Source of the DNA: a virus | Lineage: Duplodnaviria > Caudoviricetes | Direction: 5' to 3' (one strand) | DNA length: 30,408 bases | Virus record (IMG/VR): IMGVR_UViG_3300033067_000499 | Coordinates: 1-30,408 of that record | In this document: in pieces, positions 1-7,696 of the stretch | How positions within the stretch are numbered: the first letter of the stretch is position 1 | How the letters are laid out: each line of letters opens with the position of its first letter | Translations under genes and position numbers: made by a program | Notes under the pieces: model-generated | Told to the model about the DNA's origin: nothing | Seen by the model: only the letters and a program-made list of their open reading frames with translations | Databases searched by the model: none

Positions 1-1104
1 GACATCGGCAACCGCGCCCTGCAGCACTGCGGGCAGCGCCTCATGACGTCCTTCACCGAGGACTACAAGGGCGCGCAAGAGGTAGCCTTCGCCTACGACA
101 AGATCCGTAAGTGGGAGCTGCAGCGGAACGTGTGGCGCTTCTCGATCAAGCACGCCGCCCTGCGCGCGATCAGCACCACCTCCATGAACGTGGTCTTCGG
201 GGCCTACGATGCTGCCAAGACCTACGTCGTCGGGAGCGTGGTGACCTCGGGCGGCCGGCCCTACATCGCCAATCAGGCAGTGCCGATCAGCACGCCACCG
301 GCGGACAACCCGGGCTCCTGGGAACCCTACTATGGGCCGCAAGCCTGCGATGCTTATGACAGCACGCTGAGCTACTACAGCGGTGAGGTGGTCTACATCG
401 CCAGCACCGGCTCGGTGTACCTGTCCCTGGTGGCGGACAATGCCGACAACCCGACGACGGCGCAGGCCGCGTGGGATGCGACCGTGACCTACTCGAAGGG
501 CGACACGGTCACCTACAGCGCCGCGACGTGGCAGTCGACGCGCGACCTAAACCTGAACCTCACCCCCGGCGTCAGCGGCTGGCAGGCGATCCCGGGCACG
601 CAGCCCGACCAGATGGTGGGCCAGAAGTGGCTCAAGCTGGGCGCGGCTACCGTGGCCAGCATCAAGATCGTCTACCCGGTCGGCAGCGGCCCGAGCAACC
701 AGACGACCACGCGCAACATCTACCGGCTGCCGGCCGGCTTCCTCCGCAAGGCCGCCCAGGATCCGAAGGCGGGCAGCCAGAGCTACCTCGGCGCTCCGAG
801 CGGCTTGGCCTATGACGATTGGGAGTTCGAGGGCGACTACATCACGACCCGGGACACCCAGGTGATCCTGCTCCGCTTCGTCGCCGACTTCACGGATGTC
901 ACCCGCATGAACAGCATGTTCTGCGAGGGCCTGGGCGCGCGGATCGGGCTCGAGGTGTGCGAGAGCCTGACGCAGTCGAGCGAGAAGCTGCAGACCATCG
1001 GGCAGAAGTACAAGCTGTTCATGGGCGAGGCGCGGCAGGTGAACGCCATCGAAATCGGTTCGGAGGAGCCGCCCGAGGATGACTACATCACCTGCAGGCT
1101 GTAG
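1..1104 (+). CDS. Phage tail adaptor / tail tubular protein A (T7 gp11-like), 5'-truncated, with three inserted CBM5/12-like repeats
   Basis: Frame 1 is open from base 1 (DIGNRALQHCGQRLMTSFTED, resembling the typical I.N.AL..G...I.S..E N-terminus). It also has WRFSIK, YRLPAGFLR, WEFEGDYI and a helical C-terminus (F.EGLGARIGLEVCESLTQS). It lies directly upstream of the nozzle gene. Confidence 0.8.
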   Translation, partial: DIGNRALQHCGQRLMTSFTEDYKGAQEVAFAYDKIRKWELQRNVWRFSIKHAALRAISTTSMNVVFGAYDAAKTYVVGSVVTSGGRPYIANQAVPISTPPADNPGSWEPYYGPQACDAYDSTLSYYSGEVVYIASTGSVYLSLVADNADNPTTAQAAWDATVTYSKGDTVTYSAATWQSTRDLNLNLTPGVSGWQAIPGTQPDQMVGQKWLKLGAATVASIKIVYPVGSGPSNQTTTRNIYRLPAGFLRKAAQDPKAGSQSYLGAPSGLAYDDWEFEGDYITTRDTQVILLRFVADFTDVTRMNSMFCEGLGARIGLEVCESLTQSSEKLQTIGQKYKLFMGEARQVNAIEIGSEEPPEDDYITCRL

Positions 1105-1112
1105 GATAGCGC

Positions 1113-4100
1113 ATGGCTGACGCATCCTTCATCCAGACCAACTTCCTCGGCGGCGAGTGGAGCCCGGAGTTCCAGGGCCGCGCCGAAGACCCGAAGTACC
1201 GCAGCGCTCTCAACGTCTGCCGGAACAGCTTCCCCATTGAGGAGGGTGCCTGGCAGCGCCGCTCGGGCACGCGCTTCGCCGCGCCGACCCGTAAGGGCGT
1301 GCAGGCGACGCTGCGGGAGTTCGACTTCACCGAGAGCCTGCCCTTCGACCTCGAGTTGTCGGCCGGGCACATCCGCTTCTTCGCCGGCCCGAACCTCGTG
1401 GTCGAGGGCACCACCGGCGTGCTCGGGATCTCGACGGCCAGCCCGGCCGAGGTGTCGACCTTCCTGGCCCACGGCTGGAGCACCGGCGATCAGGTGATGT
1501 TCCGCCTGCCGGATGGCGTGGCCGACCCGGGCGTCGCCGACATCCTGAACCGCCAGTTTGAGATCACCAAGGTCGACAACTACCGCTTCACCATCGTGGA
1601 CGCGGTGGACGGCATGGCGGTCGACGGCTCCACGCTGACGCCCGGGCCCAACCCGCTGTTCGTCGCGCGCGTCGTCGACATCGCCACGGTCTACACGGCC
1701 GCGCAGCTCGACGACATCCGCCTCGTGCAGAACGAGGACGTGGCGATCCTGCTGCACAAGGACGTCAAACCCTACGCCCTGGCATCGACCGCGCCGGCGG
1801 CCGCGGGCATGCCGGCCACCTTCACCTTCTCGGTGGCGATCTTCAAGGACGGCCCTTATCTCGACCCGCCCACGGACGGCACCACGCTGACGCCGAGCGC
1901 CACGTCAGGCACGATCACGCTGACGGCCTCGGGGATCACCTCGATCAACAACGGCCTCGGCTTCCAGTCGACGGACGTAGGCCGCCTCGTGCGCCTGTTC
2001 AGCGAGCCGCTGGACTGGAGCGCCGTCACGGCCTACGCCAAGGGCGACAGCGTCAAGTTCAACGACACCTACTGGCAGGCCCTGCTGGCCAACACCGGCA
2101 AGCAGCCGGATCTCGACGTCAACAACTGGCAGATCTCCACGACCGCGGCCGCCTGGACCTGGGGCACCATCGCCACGGTCGTCGACACGTCGCACGTCAC
2201 GATCACCCTGGCCACCGCGGACCCGACCGGCGAGTTCGCCGGCGGGAACCTGCACTACACCAACGCCATCAAGTCCTGGCGGCTGGGCAAGTACAGCAAC
2301 ACCACCGGCTGGCCGAGCGCCGGCTGCTACCACGAGAACCGCTTCTGGCTGACGAACGCGGCCAACCAATTCGACGCGAACGTGACCAACGGCGACGTCG
2401 GTGGCACGATCAACTTCTGCCCGACGACGCCAGATGGCACGGTCGCCGACAACTCGGGGATCTCCGAGAAGATCAAGACCGACACGGTCAACACGATCTT
2501 CTGGATGATGCCTGACCACACCGGCATCGTGCTCGGGACGCAGGGCGGCGAGTTCCTGATCCAGTCGTCGAACCTGAACGAGCCGATCACGGCGACGTCG
2601 ATCAAGGCCCCACGGATCACGAAGTTCCGCTGCGAGAACATCGAGCCCCGCCGCACCGGCCTCAGCTCGATCTTCGTCCAGCGCTACGGCAAGAAGGCCC
2701 TGGAGTACGTCGCCGACGTCTACAGCGGCAAGTTCAGCGCCACCAACGTCAGCCTGCCGGCCAAGCACCTCGCCCTGACCGGGATCAAGGAAATCGCCTA
2801 CGTCGCCGAGACGACCCCCATCGTGTGGGCGCGGATGACCGATGGCAGCCTGGCCGGGATGACCTACAAGCGCGAGAGCCCCTTCTCGACGCAGCCGGCC
2901 AGCTTCAACGGCTGGCACCGCCACGACCTGGGCAGCGGCCGCACCGTGGAGTGCGTGCGCGCCGGGCCGTCAGTGAGCGGCGAGACGGACGCCGTCGCCC
3001 TGATCACGAACGACACCGACGTCAATGTGCGCTGGGTGGAGTTCATGGCGGCGCAGTTCGAGAGCCGCGGCGACATCGCGGACGGCTTCTTCGTGGATGG
3101 CGGCACTGTGCCCACGGCGGCCAAGGTCGTCGGTTCCACGGTCGTCCTGTACGGCCTGCACTACCTGATCGGCAAGACGGTCGCGGTCACCGCCGGCGGC
3201 CTGGACCTGGGCGACCATGTGGTCGACGCCAACGGCCGCGTCACGGTTACCTTCACGACCGACAACGCCCTGTTCACGGCGGCCTACCTGCAGACGCTGA
3301 CCGACAGCGGGTCGACCTTCAACGGCCTGGGCCTGACCATCATCAACACGGCGGCCGGCACCGGCAGCGACCCCAGCTACAACGCCATCACCGAGTACAC
3401 CCCGAGCGGCGGCACGGTGACGACGTCCTCGGTCACGGGGCTGGCCGACTGGAACAACAACCGCTTCTTCCACTTCGGCACGACCACCGGCGGGATCCGC
3501 TCCTACAACCTCACCACCGGCGCGCAGACCGGACAGGTGACGGCCGCGGCGCTCGGCGTCTCCGGCGGCTTCGTCCTCGCTCCCGGGATCCTGGGGGCGG
3601 ACGGCAACATCTACTTCGTCAGCGACGCCAGCAACAGCGACCCGCTGAACAAGGTGTCGCCGAGCCTGACCCTGACCGGCACCTTCGGCGCGTCGAGCGG
3701 CAGTTTCGGCACGGGCACCGGCCTCGCCTACCCCTGGAGCATGTGCCCGATCCTCGTCGGCTCGGCGCACTTCATCCTGTCGACGTCGCAGGCCTACCTC
3801 GCCTTCAGCAACACGGCCGAGGTGGCGGTGATCGCGACCGCGGGCATGACCCTGTCGGACACGCCGGTCTTCATCGACGAGAACCGCGGGGAGGCCTGCC
3901 GCGGACCCAGCACGTCCACCACGGACGGCGACTTCGGCGCGGCCTTCATCCTTGGCCACAACGCGGTCGACGGGGCTACCAGCACGTCGCTGGGCCTCTA
4001 CCGCTACGGCATCTTCATCGACAAGGCCGGCAACCAGAGCCAGGGCCTGCACAAGATCGGCACCATCAGCGGCACGCAGATCTACGCCGGCTGGCCCTAC

Positions 4101-5063
4101 TACAGCTCGGTCTCGAGCCTGGGCTACGACGAGACGGACGGCAACCTGCTGTTCTTCGCCACGATCAGCCAGGCGTTCGCCTGGAGCGGCGGCAGCCCCT
4201 ACGTCGCCGGCGATTGGGTCAAGGGCTCGAACGGCCACGCCTACGTCGCGCTGAGCGGCACCACGGGCGTCGACCCCACGACGGACGCCGGCGTGCATTG
4301 GGCCGACCACGGCGCGATCACGAACGAGACCCGCCTCGTGAAGGTGCGCGCCCGCGACGCCACGGTGCTGTGGTCGACGGCGGTCCTGGCCGGCGGCTCG
4401 GACCTGAATAAGTGCCGGATCCGCAATGGCCGCTACGACTGGATGTCGGGCACCGCTTCGGGCGGAACCTACCACCTGTACCGGATGAACACCCTGACCG
4501 GGGCGCTCGTCACGCCGCAGATCGAGATCACGGGCGTCAGCGTCACGGGCTCGCAGAGCTGCGACGGCGGCACCGGGCAGATGGTGTTCTACTGCGACTT
4601 CACCTCCGGCGGTGGCGCGCCCACGGGCTCCAGCTTCAGCGGGAAGTGGGCGACCTTCGGCGGCACCCCGCCGGCGGCCGCGAGCAACTACTACGGCCCA
4701 TTCACGGTCGGCTACACTTACACCAGCCAGGGCCAGATCCTGCGGCCTCTGGCCCCCGCTGAGACCGGCGCGCAGAACGGGCCGGCCCTGGGCAAGACGC
4801 GCCGGATCCACCAGCATGCGGCGCTCCTGCAGGACACGCAGGGGATCTACTTCGGCTCGGACTTCAGCCACCTGAACGTCAGCCCGCTCTACAGCGCCGG
4901 CGGCACGGTTCCTCTGACCCCGCTGCAGCTCAAGAGCGGCGTGGTCTGGACTACGGTCGACGATGCGTATAGTTTCGACGGAATGCTCTGCTGGCAGATC
5001 ACGCGGCCCTACCCGGCCACGGTCCTGTCGGTGGAAAGCTTCCTTCACACGCAGGACCGCTAG
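1113..5063 (+). CDS. Phage tail nozzle / tail tubular protein B (T7 gp12-like), 1316 aa, with FCCH-like, CBM5/12-like and large beta-rich insertions
   Basis: N-terminus IQTNFLGGEWSP..GR...Y......N.....G...RRSGT; internal GWPSAGCYHENRFW, FVQRYG, GWHRHDLG; C-terminus VGYTYTS...GKTRRI...P.P.TVLSV. These motifs are characteristic of podophage nozzle proteins. Confidence 0.85.
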   Translation: MADASFIQTNFLGGEWSPEFQGRAEDPKYRSALNVCRNSFPIEEGAWQRRSGTRFAAPTRKGVQATLREFDFTESLPFDLELSAGHIRFFAGPNLVVEGTTGVLGISTASPAEVSTFLAHGWSTGDQVMFRLPDGVADPGVADILNRQFEITKVDNYRFTIVDAVDGMAVDGSTLTPGPNPLFVARVVDIATVYTAAQLDDIRLVQNEDVAILLHKDVKPYALASTAPAAAGMPATFTFSVAIFKDGPYLDPPTDGTTLTPSATSGTITLTASGITSINNGLGFQSTDVGRLVRLFSEPLDWSAVTAYAKGDSVKFNDTYWQALLANTGKQPDLDVNNWQISTTAAAWTWGTIATVVDTSHVTITLATADPTGEFAGGNLHYTNAIKSWRLGKYSNTTGWPSAGCYHENRFWLTNAANQFDANVTNGDVGGTINFCPTTPDGTVADNSGISEKIKTDTVNTIFWMMPDHTGIVLGTQGGEFLIQSSNLNEPITATSIKAPRITKFRCENIEPRRTGLSSIFVQRYGKKALEYVADVYSGKFSATNVSLPAKHLALTGIKEIAYVAETTPIVWARMTDGSLAGMTYKRESPFSTQPASFNGWHRHDLGSGRTVECVRAGPSVSGETDAVALITNDTDVNVRWVEFMAAQFESRGDIADGFFVDGGTVPTAAKVVGSTVVLYGLHYLIGKTVAVTAGGLDLGDHVVDANGRVTVTFTTDNALFTAAYLQTLTDSGSTFNGLGLTIINTAAGTGSDPSYNAITEYTPSGGTVTTSSVTGLADWNNNRFFHFGTTTGGIRSYNLTTGAQTGQVTAAALGVSGGFVLAPGILGADGNIYFVSDASNSDPLNKVSPSLTLTGTFGASSGSFGTGTGLAYPWSMCPILVGSAHFILSTSQAYLAFSNTAEVAVIATAGMTLSDTPVFIDENRGEACRGPSTSTTDGDFGAAFILGHNAVDGATSTSLGLYRYGIFIDKAGNQSQGLHKIGTISGTQIYAGWPYYSSVSSLGYDETDGNLLFFATISQAFAWSGGSPYVAGDWVKGSNGHAYVALSGTTGVDPTTDAGVHWADHGAITNETRLVKVRARDATVLWSTAVLAGGSDLNKCRIRNGRYDWMSGTASGGTYHLYRMNTLTGALVTPQIEITGVSVTGSQSCDGGTGQMVFYCDFTSGGGAPTGSSFSGKWATFGGTPPAAASNYYGPFTVGYTYTSQGQILRPLAPAETGAQNGPALGKTRRIHQHAALLQDTQGIYFGSDFSHLNVSPLYSAGGTVPLTPLQLKSGVVWTTVDDAYSFDGMLCWQITRPYPATVLSVESFLHTQDR

Positions 5064-5807
5064 ATGGTCGACTTCTCTGGATCCTCGCTCGGCGGCAGCC
5101 TCGCAGCCTCGGCCGGCGGCGGTGGCATCACGGCCGGCCTGTCGGCCTCGACCTTCGGCAGCCTCGGCGGCGCGGTTGGCGACATCTTCGGCGCGGTCGG
5201 CAGCCTCAAGGCCGCGAGCGCCTACACCAAGGCGTCGCAGATCGAGCTGCAGAACGCGGCCATCGCCCGGGCCAGCACGCAGATCCAGCTCACGCAGACC
5301 CAGCGCCACATCTTCCAGACCATCGGCGCGCAGAAGGCGGCGGTCGGCGCGGCCGGCTTCGCCAACTCGGGCAGCGCCCAGGATCTGCTGCGCTCCTCGC
5401 TCAGCCAGGGGGCGCTGCAGCGGCAGGTGATCCAAGAGCAGGGCCTGATCAACGTCAACAGCTACGAGGCGCAGGCGACGGCCTACCAGGGGCAGGCGGC
5501 GGCCGCGAAGGCCTCGGCCGGTGGCGGCATCCTGGGTGGCATCCTGAAGTTCGCATCGGCTGCGCTGCCGTTCCTGTCGGACGCCGACGCGAAGATCAAC
5601 GTCACCCACGCCGGCCCGAGCCCCGTCGCCGGCATCAACTACTACCTGTTCCAGTACAAGGGCGACCCGACGCTGAAGGTCTATCGCGGCGTCCTGGCGC
5701 AGGAGGTGCAGGCGGTGCGCCCCGACGCAGTGCAGGACACCGGCGGCTACCTGATGGTCAACTACCCGAAGCTGGGCCTGCGGATGGAGGAAGTCGCCAG
5801 TGCCTAA
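5064..5807 (+). CDS. Internal virion (ejection, gp14-like) protein with C-terminal Peptidase_S74-like intramolecular chaperone domain
   Basis: Gly/Ala/Ser-rich N-terminus and Gln/Ala helical middle (IGAQKAAVGAAGFANSGSAQD), then SDADAK-INV...YLFQYK...GVLAQEV...PDAV....GYLMVNY, the S74 signature. Position right after the nozzle gene fits an ejection protein. Confidence 0.7.
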   Translation: MVDFSGSSLGGSLAASAGGGGITAGLSASTFGSLGGAVGDIFGAVGSLKAASAYTKASQIELQNAAIARASTQIQLTQTQRHIFQTIGAQKAAVGAAGFANSGSAQDLLRSSLSQGALQRQVIQEQGLINVNSYEAQATAYQGQAAAAKASAGGGILGGILKFASAALPFLSDADAKINVTHAGPSPVAGINYYLFQYKGDPTLKVYRGVLAQEVQAVRPDAVQDTGGYLMVNYPKLGLRMEEVASA

Positions 5808-7695
5808 CATTCCTGAGTTCGAGGCTCGCGCAGCCGACCAGGGCCTGCAGCCCCAGGAGGGCGGCGCGCGGGCGTTCGAGGGCGAGGGCCGCCACGTTGA
5901 GGCCGCCTATGCCCGCGCCGGCAACGACATCGGCAGCGGCATCAACGACCTGGGCACCACCTGGGAACACCACGTCACGGTCCAGGCGGACCTGTCCACC
6001 CTGAAGCTGCAGAGCCAGAAGATGGTCTCCCGCCAGCAGGAGTGGCGGCAGGCCTTCGCCGAGGATCAGGCGGCTCCGGTCCACAACCCGAACCTCCTGC
6101 AGGATCTGCAGCAGAAGTGGGCGGGCGAAGACGACGCCTACAACGCCACCCTGCCGACGCAGGAAGCGCAGGCGTTCCACCAAGAGCAGGCCATCCGGCA
6201 GCGGCAGCACTTCGCCGAAGTCGGCATGGCGGACATGGCCACGCTGGCGGCGCACCAGGGCGTCACCGACGTCGAGCACACCGGCATCTACCTGCAGTCG
6301 GCCTCGCACAACGACCCCACGTCTCTGACCCACAACCTGGGCACCATCGACACCTCGGTCGAGGCACAGATCCGCGCCCTGGGCCCGAACGCCACCGCCG
6401 AGGCTATCGCCCTCATGCGCGAGGCCGGCGACCGCCAGAAGACCGCCTCGACGCTGGCGGCCGGCCGCGGCACCGTGGACAACGCAGTCGACCCGGTCGG
6501 CGGCGCGCCTGGCTCCGGCATCGGCCCCGCGGCGACGAAGTTCCTCGAGAGCCCCGAGGCGAAACTGTACCTCAGCGACCAGCAGCGCGCCGAGATCCAG
6601 GGCTACGCCGACCGCCAATCGCACGCGCGCCAGCAGGACGCGTGGATGCAGGAGGAGCACGCCCACCGGCAGGCCGAGTGGCAGTCGCAGGACACGATGT
6701 CGCAGTACCAGAAGATCCTGGGCGACAGCCTGAAGCCCGGCGGCAGCCTGCCCGGCGACTTCCTGTCGACGGTGCTCGCCGACCCCCACCTGCGCCCGGG
6801 CGACCGCGACACGCTGGTCGGCCTGACGCATCGCATGCAGACCGAGGCGGCCAACATCCAGACTGGCCCCGGCGTCCTGCACACGCTGCTCGGCCGCGTC
6901 ACGCTGCCGGAGGGTGACCCCCACCGCCTGACGCCGAACGAAGTGCTCCAGCACATCGGCGTCGACCTGTCGCGGACGGACGGCGACTTCCTGCTCGAGC
7001 GGCTGAAGCCGGCCGCCGAGGCGCACGACCGCATGGCGAACATCATGCTGGATCAGGCGATCCGCGAGGCGCGCGCGGCGTTGGTGCCGCACGACACGCT
7101 CTCGAACCTCGACCCCGCGCAGAAGGCGCTCGAGGAGCACAACATGAGCGCCTTCGAGACGTGGTTCGTGGCGGCCTACACGGACGGCCTGCGCCAGGGT
7201 AAGACGCCCGCGCAGCTACTGTCGCCCGACAGCGCCGACTACCTGCTCAAGGGCAACAAGATCCAGACCTTCGCCGGCCAGGGCGCAGGCAGCACGCCGG
7301 CCGGCGGCTCCGCGGCCGCGCCGCTGGGCGGCACCCCGCCGAAGGGCATCGTCCCGCGCCAGGCGGATTGGGCGGACGGCATCGCCAACTTCCTGGGCGC
7401 GGCCAACAGCAACAGCGCCGGCCTGGACGACGGGCAGAAGCAGCAGCTCGCGACGTGGATCCGCGGCCTGGGCGACAACCCCCTGGGCCAGATCTTCGGC
7501 GGGGACCAGAGCGGCCAGCGGATCACGCTGTCGCCCCAGGTCACCAACGAAATGGACCGGATCATCCGCGCGACGAAGGCTGGACAAGGGGCCCCTCCGC
7601 AGGGTACTGCTGGGAACACCGCCGTCGCCCCGCCCGCGCAGCAGCCTACGCTGAGCCAGCAACAGGTCGACGGCCTCCTGTTCGGGAAGCCGTAA
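5800..7695 (+). CDS. Internal virion (ejection, gp15-like) protein, 631 aa
   Basis: GTG start with GGAGG at 5786-5790, overlapping the previous stop. MPNIPEF N-terminus, Ala/Gln-rich helical composition, strong GC3 bias, located between the gp14-like and gp16-like genes. Confidence 0.65.
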   Translation: MPNIPEFEARAADQGLQPQEGGARAFEGEGRHVEAAYARAGNDIGSGINDLGTTWEHHVTVQADLSTLKLQSQKMVSRQQEWRQAFAEDQAAPVHNPNLLQDLQQKWAGEDDAYNATLPTQEAQAFHQEQAIRQRQHFAEVGMADMATLAAHQGVTDVEHTGIYLQSASHNDPTSLTHNLGTIDTSVEAQIRALGPNATAEAIALMREAGDRQKTASTLAAGRGTVDNAVDPVGGAPGSGIGPAATKFLESPEAKLYLSDQQRAEIQGYADRQSHARQQDAWMQEEHAHRQAEWQSQDTMSQYQKILGDSLKPGGSLPGDFLSTVLADPHLRPGDRDTLVGLTHRMQTEAANIQTGPGVLHTLLGRVTLPEGDPHRLTPNEVLQHIGVDLSRTDGDFLLERLKPAAEAHDRMANIMLDQAIREARAALVPHDTLSNLDPAQKALEEHNMSAFETWFVAAYTDGLRQGKTPAQLLSPDSADYLLKGNKIQTFAGQGAGSTPAGGSAAAPLGGTPPKGIVPRQADWADGIANFLGAANSNSAGLDDGQKQQLATWIRGLGDNPLGQIFGGDQSGQRITLSPQVTNEMDRIIRATKAGQGAPPQGTAGNTAVAPPAQQPTLSQQQVDGLLFGKP

Positions 7696-7696
7696 C

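Noticed and set aside
2970-5810. 946-aa antisense ORF opposite the nozzle/gp14-like genes
   Set aside because: Shadow ORF from strong GC3 bias on the sense strand; no motifs, Arg/Ala/Gly/Val-rich, fully opposite well-supported genes.
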